From positions 2,976,001 to 3,040,000 of the forward strand of contig OZ254086.1 in assembly GCA_965267575.1 (NCBI GenBank): a stretch of DNA of 64,000 bases, given 5' to 3'. Source of the stretch: Calditrichales bacterium (GTDB taxonomy: Bacteria; Calditrichota; Calditrichia; Calditrichales; J004). The position numbers and the translations under genes were made by a program. Within the stretch, counting starts at the first letter, position 1, and each line of letters begins with the position of its first letter. Positions 1-10,100 of the stretch are shown here, piece by piece. The notes beneath the pieces were generated by a model, which was not told the DNA's origin, ran no database searches, and saw nothing but the letters and a program-made list of their open reading frames with translations.

Positions 1-483
1 CGGAAAAGAAGGACCGTCATGCTGGCCTTTTATCAGCAAGGTATAAGGCTCCTTGCTGTCCGTTTCGCGGAAGCCGTTTTTCAGGAATACGTCGCTGCCT
101 GCCATCCAGCTGCCGGCGCTGGATACGACGGCCACGCCCTTTTTGCCGCCCGCTTCCGCCTCGCGGTAGACCGACTGCAACAGTTCACCGGCAAGACCTT
201 TCATGGACGCTTTTTCCGATTTAACCCACAGGCAATGAATCATCAGAAAACCATCTGCGTTTTCTACAACCCGCCAGCTTTGTTCTGCCGGAATGTATTC
301 TACAAAGCCGAGGGGCTTGCTGCCATCGCCATAGACCATTTGGAATCGCAGACCGTCGCGGAAGCGTTTTGCCAGCCAGTCGCGTTTGGCTGCGAAGCCC
401 GGATGCTTCTTATTGCCCACGCAAAACAATCCGTGCTGTTCAAAATTCTCCTCGTCCACGGCAACTATGCTGAAATCGCCCAT
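1..483 (-). CDS. YoaP-like GNAT family N-acetyltransferase (3' end runs off the window)
   Basis: Not in the ORF track. Manual translation from ATG at 483 is open to position 1: MGDFSIVAVDEENFEQHGLFCVGNKKHPGFAAKRDWLAKRFRDGL...GFVEYIPAEQSWR...MIHCLWV...GKKGVAVVSS, which matches the YoaP-type GNAT pattern. Confidence 0.8.
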   Translation of the reverse strand, partial: MGDFSIVAVDEENFEQHGLFCVGNKKHPGFAAKRDWLAKRFRDGLRFQMVYGDGSKPLGFVEYIPAEQSWRVVENADGFLMIHCLWVKSEKASMKGLAGELLQSVYREAEAGGKKGVAVVSSAGSWMAGSDVFLKNGFRETDSKEPYTLLIKGQHDGPSFP

Positions 484-501
484 AAAACAATCGCCCTAAA
501 A

Positions 502-1224
502 TTATTTGGTGCCGCGCCCGATGAGCACGCCGATAACACCGCCCCCAAGAAAGCCAGCCGTTTGCCAGCCCCAGCCCAGGTCGCCTTTTTTAAGCTCCTT
601 GATGTACTCCTGGTTCAGCGAATCGTATTTGAAAAAGGCGACGTTGTAGCCGCGTTCAAATGCCTGGCGGTTTAGTTTTTCCAGCGTGTTGATGGAGTCC
701 TGCAGGGTAATCACGCGCATGTTAAGCGTGTCCACCTGCTGCAGCTTGTCGCGCTGCTTTTTCCAGGAGAGAGCATTCTGGTGATCGATGATGAATGTTT
801 CGCTGAACCACAGGGGCACCAGCAGGTATTCCAGCGATACGTCGTGTTCTTCGTTATACACTTCGGTAACGCCCCATTGCGATTGCGCCATCTCCGGGAA
901 GGTTTCGCGCAGGCGCTGCTGCAGGTCTTCTTTTTTACGCAGATTTCGGACGGAAAGCTGATCGTCCGCGCGTTGTTCTTCCAGCATTGCCACTTGCTCG
1001 CGCAGCGCCTGTGCTTCATTCTTACGCGCCGACACCTCTTCTTTTAGCTGTTTCTGGATTGAATCACGAAATGCCACAACTGTTTGCAGCGAATCGCGCA
1101 TGGCACGCATTTTCTGCATCTCCAGTTCGGCCCGGTGGATCTTTTCCTTGTTTTGCCAAAGCCCACCGAAAAAGGCAAAGGTTACGGCGAGGACAAAAAC
1201 AATCCCTAAAAGCGTTTTAAGCAT
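502..1224 (-). CDS. Hypothetical membrane-anchored coiled-coil protein with C-terminal Gly-rich hydrophobic helix
   Basis: 240 aa; N-terminal TM, long E/Q/K/R-rich coiled coil, C-terminal GFLGGGVIGVLIG; overlaps the amidase stop by 8 nt. Confidence 0.75.
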   Translation of the reverse strand: MLKTLLGIVFVLAVTFAFFGGLWQNKEKIHRAELEMQKMRAMRDSLQTVVAFRDSIQKQLKEEVSARKNEAQALREQVAMLEEQRADDQLSVRNLRKKEDLQQRLRETFPEMAQSQWGVTEVYNEEHDVSLEYLLVPLWFSETFIIDHQNALSWKKQRDKLQQVDTLNMRVITLQDSINTLEKLNRQAFERGYNVAFFKYDSLNQEYIKELKKGDLGWGWQTAGFLGGGVIGVLIGRGTK

Positions 1225-2176
1225 TTGGAACCTCTAAAGTGTCATCTGTAACAGTTTTAAAACCAAGCGCGTAGCCGATCCGGAAAACAAGACCCGCGTC
1301 ACCCTCAACAAAATCATAGTTGATCTTATGGCCGCCCTGAACGGCGTCATGCAGGCGGATATATGTCTCGCGGTCACCGCGCTGCAGCTCCATAATCAGG
1401 CCCTTGACCATGCTGCCGGCGGCGATATTCATTTTATTAAGCTCTTTTATGTTGCTGCTGAAAAGCTTTTCTTTCTCACTGTCACTCATTTTTTCCTTCC
1501 CTACCTTACGGCCTGTTTGCGGGTCGATTTTTTGTACGGCGCATTTCTGAATGATCGTATCCCAAAGCCCCTTGTCCGGTAGCGGATCGCTCTTATCCGT
1601 GCGCACCATCGTGTGACCGATAATACCCTGGAAGTCTTTCAGCTTTTCGCCGTAAAAATCAAAATGGCCGTCCGGGGTGCTTTTAGGAATGTTAAAGGTT
1701 TCGGTCAGATGCGTGATCAGACCGGTAAGCGAATCGATCTGGGCATCTTCATATTTGTCAAAATAGCGGTAGCCCCGAAAATCTTTGCCGTAATCAAACG
1801 CTTCGGAGCGGTCTTTGCGCGTGCGCTGCGTAACGCGGTCAAAGCAGTAAAGCTGCCCGTCATGCTCAATCAACCCGCCTTCGCTGGCAATTTCAATCCC
1901 GATAAAACGTTTCTCAAAGCGGATTTTTTCTTCGCGGTTCCACTTAAGGCCAAACTGCCAGGCCCACGCCTTGGGATCAAAAACTTCGTAGATAGTTCCG
2001 TCGTGGTCGATAAGGTAAGCCGTGCCCACCATGGAGCCGTCCTGCATCCACCAGTTAAAGGTAGAACGGGCCGAACCGCCCACAGTGTGATGAATACATA
2101 TGCCGGATTTTGTCGTCGGGCCGGGGAAATACTCTTTTTCTGGCAGGCGCCAATCGCGGTTTATCTGAACAGGCAT
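1217..2176 (-). CDS. N-acetylmuramoyl-L-alanine amidase (Amidase_2 family) with C-terminal extension
   Basis: Zn-amidase motifs ICIHHT, AWAW, IGIEI, IIGH...KSDP; GGAGG RBS upstream; no signal peptide. Confidence 0.8.
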   Translation of the reverse strand: MPVQINRDWRLPEKEYFPGPTTKSGICIHHTVGGSARSTFNWWMQDGSMVGTAYLIDHDGTIYEVFDPKAWAWQFGLKWNREEKIRFEKRFIGIEIASEGGLIEHDGQLYCFDRVTQRTRKDRSEAFDYGKDFRGYRYFDKYEDAQIDSLTGLITHLTETFNIPKSTPDGHFDFYGEKLKDFQGIIGHTMVRTDKSDPLPDKGLWDTIIQKCAVQKIDPQTGRKVGKEKMSDSEKEKLFSSNIKELNKMNIAAGSMVKGLIMELQRGDRETYIRLHDAVQGGHKINYDFVEGDAGLVFRIGYALGFKTVTDDTLEVPNA

Positions 2177-2436
2177 AACAGAACCTCCGGGGTTAGAGGA
2201 TGGACGAACGGAGAATTCCTTTTTGCTGTGTGGCTACTTTCCCTGTGTCTTCAAGCTTAAGGAAATATTTGGCATTATGGAAAACTTTTTGCGAACTAGT
2301 CTTGTGCTCTTGTAGTCAGGATGTCTCGAGGCCCCTATCTAATCATGCTCCTGATCTTGATCACGGTTTATGCACCGAGCCTTCAAAACAAAAAAACATT
2401 AACACCCTAATACTCTAACACTTTAACACGGCAAAA

Positions 2437-5244
2437 CTATTTTATAAGAACAAACCTTCCGTTTTCCGCGCCATAGTTGCTGTGGCTGATCTTGTAAAAA
2501 TAGTTGCCGCTGGGCCAGGATGCTGCATTAAGCGTGTATCTTCCCGTGCCGCTTTGAGACGTCCAGTTATCCCGGTAAATACTTTGGCCAAGGCTGTTAA
2601 AAACTTCCAGGGACAATTGGCCGGTTACCGGTGCCGCGAAAGAAATAACAGTTTGGCCGTTAAAAGGATTTGGGTAGTTGCCCAGCAGACGGAATTTTTC
2701 GGGCATAGCATGTGAGCCGGCCAGGGTAGTGGTGGTGCCAAAGAAATCGAGCACGGCGGCCAGCAGGGCTTTTTGCTGCTCTTCGTCATATATCGTTTCA
2801 AAAGGGAAGCCCATGTAAAACAGCTTGCCGCTTTCAGTCCCGGCACCAAATGTGCCTTCATAATAAACGGCCGCCGGTTTGCCATTGGCGTAATTCAAAG
2901 CCGTTTTGGCCCCGTTGACAGCATCGATAACATCGGGATAGTCTTCCTTGTAAACGCCGTGGTTGCCGTCATCATAGCTTAAATTCAATCCTGAAAAAGG
3001 CGAGCCGCTTTGGCCGTTAACGCTGTATGAGTTGGAATCATCCTCGCGGTACGCTGCTTTCAGGTAGCTGCCAAAAAAAGACCTGTCGCTGCTCTGGCCG
3101 CTGTAATCCAGATCCCAGGCGATTTCCGAACCGCTGATGAACAGCTTGCCACCGTTGCTGAGATAATTTTTCACTTTTTGCTGCTCTCCGTCATCCAGGG
3201 TTTCATCGTCCGTACTTTCATCACCCAGCTGCCAGATAACAGCCCAGTAATCATTCAGGTTGATTGTGCCCGCTGCCACCGCCTCATTGGATGCCGTTTC
3301 AAAAGGGTATCCCAACGCAAAAAGCAGGCGTCCGCTGCGCGCGGCGAAATCGTGATGCATATGGGGCCAGCTGCCCCGTGTCGCGGTTGTCCGGTCAAAG
3401 CCGTCCACGATGAGGATTTTCTTCAGGTTACGCGTGGAATACTGCGCGTAGATATCCGATGGAATACTTGTGCTTTGGTTTACATCCGTGGAAACACCGA
3501 CAAGCTTGTAGAAACGGCAGGAATCCGTGAAGGCGAAGCTGTAAGAGGTCGTGCTCTTGTCAAGCTCGTGCGAAACGGACCAGTCATAGCCGTCTGCGGA
3601 CTCAAAAAGACGCAGGGAAGCGATTTCGTCCGATTGTGCCATTTTCCAGTTTAGCCTGATATTGTTCTTGGCGGTGACCGTTGCCAGCTCCGGCTGCGGC
3701 AGATTGCCCGGGGTGCCCTGCATGTTAATGTAATAGCGCGGTGTATAATCGCTGAGTGCAGAATAGCTGTAAGCGCGGTAAGATACACGCCAGTTGTAGC
3801 CGGCCGACTCCACCATGGTGATGGTGCCGTTGCTGTTATGGTGCACAACCATCCTGACATGGCCAACGATGTGCGCCGCATCGCCGGGACGCGTCTCTTC
3901 CCAGGTCTCGTAGGGCAGGGTAATGCCGTCGTCCATCATTCTGGTGGAGTAGTGCGAGGTGAGGTTCCAGCAGCGCGAGACAAAGCCTGAGCAGTCCACA
4001 CCCACTGCAGACGGGCTGCCGACACTTTTACTGGTGTAGGCGTCGCCGGCGTATTTGCCGCTGTTCAGCCCGTTCAGGAATTGATTCAGGGTCTGAAAAC
4101 CACCCCATTTGTAAGCCATATTCTGATGCGATCCCGGTGTAACCCAGGTGGGTGTTTTTACTTTGTAGCCATACTGGTCGGTGATGGTGCCATTGGTGAT
4201 ATTGGCCGATGTGCAGCTCCAGGTCAGGCGCACATAGCTGTCGCCGGTTTCCAGGGCCTCATCGGAAGTAACCGTTGGCAGTACGGCATTCAGCAAAAAA
4301 TCATTTTCTTTTTTAGATTGTTCAGCTTCCGGCTCAGCCTCTTTGCCATCAATAAAACCATGGAAACGATAGTAGTCTTCCGGATATGAACGCACGCCTG
4401 TCCCTGCTTCATCCAGGTCCCATTGCAGGACTTTTAGCGATGTTTCTTCGCCAAACATATGATACAGCTTGCCATCTGCCGACACCTGCAAATCGTTATC
4501 GATGAAGACGTAGCTTTGTGCGGGCAGGTGTACGCGGTTCAGCAGGCGGCCATCCGGACTGTATTGGTGTGCTTCGCGGCGGATTTTCAGCGGTACGTGG
4601 CTCTCGAACAGCTCGATGTCTACGTAAATTCGTTGTGCGTTATCGCTGCCAACCACCTGGATACTGGCCAGGTCGCCTGCGGGGAAGTCAATGGTAAAAG
4701 TCCGGCCAAAGGCTTCCAGGCGCGCACGTGTCCCGTCTTCTTTGATTGCTTTGAGGCTGCCGCCGGTTATTTGATCTTGCTGGTTCTTTTCAGCCTTTTG
4801 CAGATCAAAGAAAAAGCGTTCGGCGCCGTCCACTTCAATCCGCAATAAGCCCTCGCTGGCTTCCAGGCTGGTTACCGCGGAAGCGCCTTCACTGCGGTGA
4901 ATTTCAGTAAAGCCCTGTCCGTCCTGAAGCCAGACGCGGTTGCCGTCACTCACAGCAAAACCTTCGGGCGTCCGCTGTAAGAAATAACTCCCGCGCGGTA
5001 TATTCAACTGCTGAAGCAGGCGTTCTGCTGCATAGGTCTTTATGCTGCCATTTTGATTGTCCAGCACAAAAACGGTGTCTTTTGAGATGGCGAAGGCTTG
5101 TGGCCCATAGCGCCCCTCCGGCAGGACATCATAGGCCGGAGCGGAGTCATCGTCCCAGGATTTTTCGAAAATCACTTCCTGCGCGATAGCTTGCGACAGG
5201 AGTAAAACAATCATTGTTGAAACGGAAAAAAGAAGGCGGGTCAT
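2437..5244 (-). CDS. Secreted multidomain NlpC/P60-type hydrolase with C-terminal sorting (T9SS/FlgD-Ig-like) domain
   Basis: Signal peptide; YKWGG...GVDCSGFVS...PGD...GHVRMV...ES NlpC/P60 motifs; Fn3-like segment; ILIVDGFDR domain; C-terminal NYPNPFN...SGNYFYKI. Confidence 0.75.
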   Translation of the reverse strand: MTRLLFSVSTMIVLLLSQAIAQEVIFEKSWDDDSAPAYDVLPEGRYGPQAFAISKDTVFVLDNQNGSIKTYAAERLLQQLNIPRGSYFLQRTPEGFAVSDGNRVWLQDGQGFTEIHRSEGASAVTSLEASEGLLRIEVDGAERFFFDLQKAEKNQQDQITGGSLKAIKEDGTRARLEAFGRTFTIDFPAGDLASIQVVGSDNAQRIYVDIELFESHVPLKIRREAHQYSPDGRLLNRVHLPAQSYVFIDNDLQVSADGKLYHMFGEETSLKVLQWDLDEAGTGVRSYPEDYYRFHGFIDGKEAEPEAEQSKKENDFLLNAVLPTVTSDEALETGDSYVRLTWSCTSANITNGTITDQYGYKVKTPTWVTPGSHQNMAYKWGGFQTLNQFLNGLNSGKYAGDAYTSKSVGSPSAVGVDCSGFVSRCWNLTSHYSTRMMDDGITLPYETWEETRPGDAAHIVGHVRMVVHHNSNGTITMVESAGYNWRVSYRAYSYSALSDYTPRYYINMQGTPGNLPQPELATVTAKNNIRLNWKMAQSDEIASLRLFESADGYDWSVSHELDKSTTSYSFAFTDSCRFYKLVGVSTDVNQSTSIPSDIYAQYSTRNLKKILIVDGFDRTTATRGSWPHMHHDFAARSGRLLFALGYPFETASNEAVAAGTINLNDYWAVIWQLGDESTDDETLDDGEQQKVKNYLSNGGKLFISGSEIAWDLDYSGQSSDRSFFGSYLKAAYREDDSNSYSVNGQSGSPFSGLNLSYDDGNHGVYKEDYPDVIDAVNGAKTALNYANGKPAAVYYEGTFGAGTESGKLFYMGFPFETIYDEEQQKALLAAVLDFFGTTTTLAGSHAMPEKFRLLGNYPNPFNGQTVISFAAPVTGQLSLEVFNSLGQSIYRDNWTSQSGTGRYTLNAASWPSGNYFYKISHSNYGAENGRFVLIK

Positions 5245-5341
5245 AATAACACTTCCATGAGTTAATTCGGATACTGAACCAATATAAGCAATCCTGGCAA
5301 AAAAACTATCTAATGTGAACTACTGAAGTTTATAACCGGGC

Positions 5342-5370
5342 AAAAAAAAGCCCGCTTGGGCAGCGGGCTT
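5342..5370 (-). terminator. Rho-independent terminator after the baeRF gene
   Basis: Minus strand AAGCCCGC-TGCCCAA-GCGGGCTT followed by a T-run. Confidence 0.75.
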
Positions 5371-5389
5371 ACTTAAATGCGAAAACTTA

Positions 5390-6559
5390 TCAATAGCGGA
5401 AAATAGCCGCCATAGGTTTGTTTTTTGGCAATTCATCGCTGGCAAATATCCTGATGCTACCGTCGTTTTGCAGGGTATTGCGCATGGAGAAATGCACCAG
5501 GTCTATGTCCGAATCGGTTTTGTCGGAATGGACGGTAACGGCGTGTTTGTCCTCTTTATACGTGCCCCAGATATGTGCCGATGGGTCGACCAGCAATGTG
5601 TCAATACGTTTTGCTGCCGCTGACTTAATGATCTCTTCAATATCTATTGAGGCTTTCTGCGCGTTGAGCAGCTCATGAAAGGTATCCAGTGCCTGCTGTT
5701 TTTCAGTTTCGATGCTGTCGGCGATAATGTCCCAGCTTTCGGATAAAAGCTCCTTGTCATCCATATCTTCCGGATTTTTGTCTATGTGCTTTTTTGTTAG
5801 CAGGGGGTAGTGCGTAACTTCCGCAAACAGAGGAATCAGTTCCTCTATACCGGCTAAAATCAGCGGGGCGTTTTGCTCCCTGATCCTTTTGTAATAACCC
5901 TTTTCATTCAGCTCATTATCCAGCAGTTGGAAAAAGCGTTTTATGTCCTTCTTGTGGCGCAGCGCGTCTGAGCCGGTACCTTGTCCGTGAAACATGGCCG
6001 GACGTTTACCACTGCCGCCGGCCCCCGTGTGGAATTGCATCGATTTTTCCGGGTCATCGTATTTCAATACATCTTCAATGGAAGTGGGAATATTTTTAAG
6101 CTCGATCGGTGTGACGCTGTAGCGCGTACATTTTTTTAGTGAGATATTTTTTTGCCCCAGCCCCAGTACGTAATAGAGCCTGTCCTGCGTGATCATCGGG
6201 ATTAACGGTTTGATATAGAATTCGTCGCGTACAACCGCTTGCTCCTCAGGTTGCTCGGGCAGCCGGCACATCAGCGCTTTACCGGGTGAAAGGAAAAACG
6301 CGACGCCGTTCATCTGGTCCAGCCAGAAGTTATCATGGCTGCTTTCATCGCGGAGAGTTGCCATGCTCTCGGTCAAAGCTCCATCACGGTAACCTTGTTT
6401 TTGCAGTTCTTTTTCAGCTTCGGCAATCAGGTTTTTCAGGCGGATGTGATTTTGCCGGATGCGTTGATCCGCCTTAAAAACGGGCATGAAAAGAGAAACG
6501 GAATGCTTTTGCCTGTGATTGATAATTTCTTCAATCTGGTTAAAATCAAGTAAGCGCAT
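5390..6559 (-). CDS. Bacterial archaeo-eukaryotic release factor family protein (baeRF3/baeRF7-like)
   Basis: SVSLFMP...IRLKNL, FYIKPL...YYVLGL, QFHT...MFHGQG, PLILAG, RIDTLLV, C-terminal AAIFRY, typical of the baeRF aRF1/Pelota-like fold. Confidence 0.75.
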   Translation of the reverse strand: MRLLDFNQIEEIINHRQKHSVSLFMPVFKADQRIRQNHIRLKNLIAEAEKELQKQGYRDGALTESMATLRDESSHDNFWLDQMNGVAFFLSPGKALMCRLPEQPEEQAVVRDEFYIKPLIPMITQDRLYYVLGLGQKNISLKKCTRYSVTPIELKNIPTSIEDVLKYDDPEKSMQFHTGAGGSGKRPAMFHGQGTGSDALRHKKDIKRFFQLLDNELNEKGYYKRIREQNAPLILAGIEELIPLFAEVTHYPLLTKKHIDKNPEDMDDKELLSESWDIIADSIETEKQQALDTFHELLNAQKASIDIEEIIKSAAAKRIDTLLVDPSAHIWGTYKEDKHAVTVHSDKTDSDIDLVHFSMRNTLQNDGSIRIFASDELPKNKPMAAIFRY

Positions 6560-6682
6560 GGTCCATCTCCTTTTTTGTTTATATACTGTTCGCCAGTGTG
6601 ATAAACTAAAATATTGTCACGACCGTTATTTCAATGTTAAACGGCTAACAAAGGCAGGCGTCAGGGCATTAGCTTTGTAAAT

Positions 6683-6937
6683 TCAGCTTTTGGCAGAAGC
6701 AGGGTGGTCCATTTTCATATATACACCTCCCTTATCCAGTTCGGCCAGCATCTGGGCGAGTCGCTTTTTTCGGGTTTCCGGGCGTTTGGCCCGGGTTATC
6801 CAGCCTATGTAGTCGTTTTGCTGGTATTCCGGACGCTCGCTGTAATCCTGCATAAGTCCGCTGTCTTCTAAAGCCATTCGTATATCATCCGGCATGGGGT
6901 ATTTTTCGCGTTGCAATTTTGATTTCTGCTTTGCCAT
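6683..6937 (-). CDS. YdeI/OmpD-associated family protein
   Basis: Start moved to ATG 6937 (GGAG RBS); MPDDIRMAL...YQQNDYIGWITRAKRPETRKKRL motif. Confidence 0.8.
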   Translation of the reverse strand: MAKQKSKLQREKYPMPDDIRMALEDSGLMQDYSERPEYQQNDYIGWITRAKRPETRKKRLAQMLAELDKGGVYMKMDHPASAKS

Positions 6938-7108
6938 AGTTCCAACTCCGCTATTGTTATACCCCGGGAATATATCAGGCCATATCGCCAATCTCAAACA
7001 GCAAGAAGCTGCTGATTTTACAACCGGCCGATCAAGATGGCTTGCTTTATGTCGAATTGAATAATTGTCAGGTGACAATATTTATACAAAGGAAATAAAA
7101 AAATCTGT

Positions 7109-10100
7109 ATGAGCGATAAAGCTTCATCTAAACCGGCCGGATCTGGCTCCAAAACGAATACTTTCCCAACCCTTAACGCTGAAGATAGCGGCAATCTGCG
7201 CTTCCGCAGTCTGGTAGAACAATCGATAACTGGCGTTTATATCATTCAGGATGGGGTTTTTAAATATGTCAATCCCAAACTCGGTGAAATTTTTGGTTAT
7301 CCTGCGCAAGAGCTGAGCGACGATTTCCCCGTAAAAGACCTTGTATATGAGCCCGACCGGGAAACCGTGCGCGAGAATATCCGCAAACGGGTTGACGGTG
7401 AAGAAAAATCGATACGTTACAGTTTTCGTGGTCAAAGAAGCGATGGGTCGGTCATTTATGTTGAGGTACACGGCAGCCGCTCGCTGCATAACGGCCGCCC
7501 GGCTGTAATCGGTACGCTCCTGGATATAACCGACCGGATAGAGTCGGAACAAGCCTTAAGGCAAAGCGAAGAACGCTACCGCAATCTCGTTGATAACGCA
7601 TCCGACGGAATATTTATCTCAGATAAGGACGGCAACTTTCAATCCGTTAACCCCGCAGGATGCGAGATGCTTGGTTATACGAACCGTGAATTAATGGATT
7701 TAAATATCCGCGACGTTATTGAGCCCGGCGACCTTAAGAAGACTCCGATCCGCATCCCGGAATTGCATGCCGGTAATAAGGTCGTCATTCAGCGTAAAAT
7801 TCAACGTATGGATGGGACTGTTCTGGATGTTGAGATCAGCGGGAAAATGCTACCAAACGGACAATTGCAGGGTATTGTTCGCGACATCACCGAGCGCAAA
7901 AGAGCAGAAGACGCCCTGCGAGCAGAAAAAGAACTTTCCGATTCTATTATTGACAGTATACCCGGTGCCTTTTACCTGTTGAATGATCATGCCCGTTTTG
8001 TCCGCTGGAACAGAAGTATGGAAAAACTGGTCGGCTACACACCGGAGGAAATCGAGCAATTGAGTCCGCTTGATTTGTTTTACGGTGAAGATAAAGAAAA
8101 AATTGCTGCCAGCATCAGCACGGTATTGCGTGAGGGCGAGGCCACGGTTGAAGCCAATCTTGTTACAAAAGACGGCTATGAGATTCCGTTTCTGCTGAAT
8201 GGACGCCGTATTTTAATTAACGACAGGCCTTTTCTTATTGGTGTTGGGATTGACATTACCGAAAGAAAAAAAGCCGAAGATGAAATGCTACGCGAAAAAG
8301 CATTTTCCGACATGACGATAGACAGTATCCCAGGCATGTTCTATTTGCTGGATGAAAAGGGAAATTTCAAGCGCTGGAACAAGAACATGACTGAACAGAC
8401 CGGCTACAGCGATACCGAAATGGGCTCACTTAATGCTCTGGACTTTTTTGAAGGCAAAGACCGGGAACTTATCGCAGAACGTATACGGGATGTGTTTGAG
8501 CAAGGCCACACTATCGTAGAGGCCGAGATGGTCTATAAAGACGGCAGAAAGGTACCGCACCTTTTTACCGGGCGGCGCGTTATCGTGAACGGAAAGCAAA
8601 AACTGTTGGGCGTCGGCATCGATACCACCGAACGTAACCGCGCAGTACAAGCCCTGAGAGAGAGTAAAGAGCGCTTCCGCAGGCTGGTAGAATCCACCCA
8701 TGCCGTCACCTGGGAATCGGAACCTCAACGCCGCAAATTCAGCTATGTGGGGCCGCAGGCCGTGGAGATGCTGGAATACGATCTAAAAGACTGGTATGAA
8801 GATTATTTCTGGCAGAAGCACATTCATCCCGATGACCGCGAACGCGTAATTAAAGAGTTTGACGCAAAAACGGCACAAAGCGATGAATTTGAAATTCAAT
8901 ATCGTTTTACAAGCAAAAGCGGCAAAAGCGTCTGGCTGCAGGATATCGTTTCTATTATTCGCCGCAGCGGCGAGGCACTGCGCATGCAGGGGTTCCTGGT
9001 TGATATTACGGAGCGCAAGCAGGCCGAACATGAACGCGAGGAGCTGGAAAGCCAGCTACGCCATTCACAAAAACTGGAAACGATCGGTACGCTGGCGGGC
9101 GGGATAGCACACGATTTTAACAATATCCTTGGGCCGATATTCGGCTACACCGAGCTGGCTCTGCAAGACCTTGATGACAAAAAACGGGTCCGTGAGGAAC
9201 TTGCGCAGGTGCTAAAAGCAGCGGAAAGAGCGCGCGACCTTACCGGCCAGATCCTGCTGTTCAGCCGCCAGGGCGAAGAGGAACGTAAACCCCTGCGCAT
9301 GCAACTTATCATTAAAGAAGTGATCAAGTTTCTGAAAGCTTCATTTCCGGCTACCATCCGGCTTAAGTACCGTATTGATAACAATTGCAAGCCGATTATG
9401 GCCAATGCCACGCAAATACACCAGGTGCTGACCAATTTGTGTACAAACGCTTACCATGCCATGCGTGACAAAGGCGGCGAACTTAGCTTGAAGCTGGAAA
9501 TGGAAACATGGTCTGAGGAGATGTCGCGCAGTATGCCCAGACTGGAAAAAGCAACCGAATACGTTAAGCTGACTGTGAGCGATTCCGGGCACGGTATAAG
9601 TCCGCACATTGTGGAACGCATATTCGAGCCGTTTTTCACAACCAAAGCCGTGGGGGAAGGAACGGGACTGGGTCTTTCCGTGGTTCACGGTATCGTTACC
9701 AAGCACGGCGGAGATATCTCGGTAAGAAGCAAAAAGGGAGAAGGCACGGACTTTTACGTTTACCTGCCGGCACTGGAATCCGGCGGTGATATGGCCGTTG
9801 ACGAAAAAGCATCATTGCCCGTTGGAAATGAAACCATCATGTGCATTGATGACGAAAAGGAAATTGTCAATATGGAAAAAATAACTCTGGAGCGGCTTGG
9901 TTATAAAGTGCTTGCCTACTCTTCCTCTGCCAGGGCATTGGCCGATTTTAAAAAAGAGCCGCATATGGCTGATCTGGTTTTGACTGATCAAACGATGCCC
10001 GAGCTAACCGGTATGCAAATCGCCGGTGAAATGCTGAAGATCAACCCGGATTTGCCCATCGTTTTGCTGACGGGTTTTAGTGAGAGCGTAACGGAAGAAG

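Noticed and set aside
19..675. 218-aa plus-strand ORF
   Set aside because: Antisense shadow of the YoaP-like gene (1-483) and the 502-1224 gene; no recognisable motifs.
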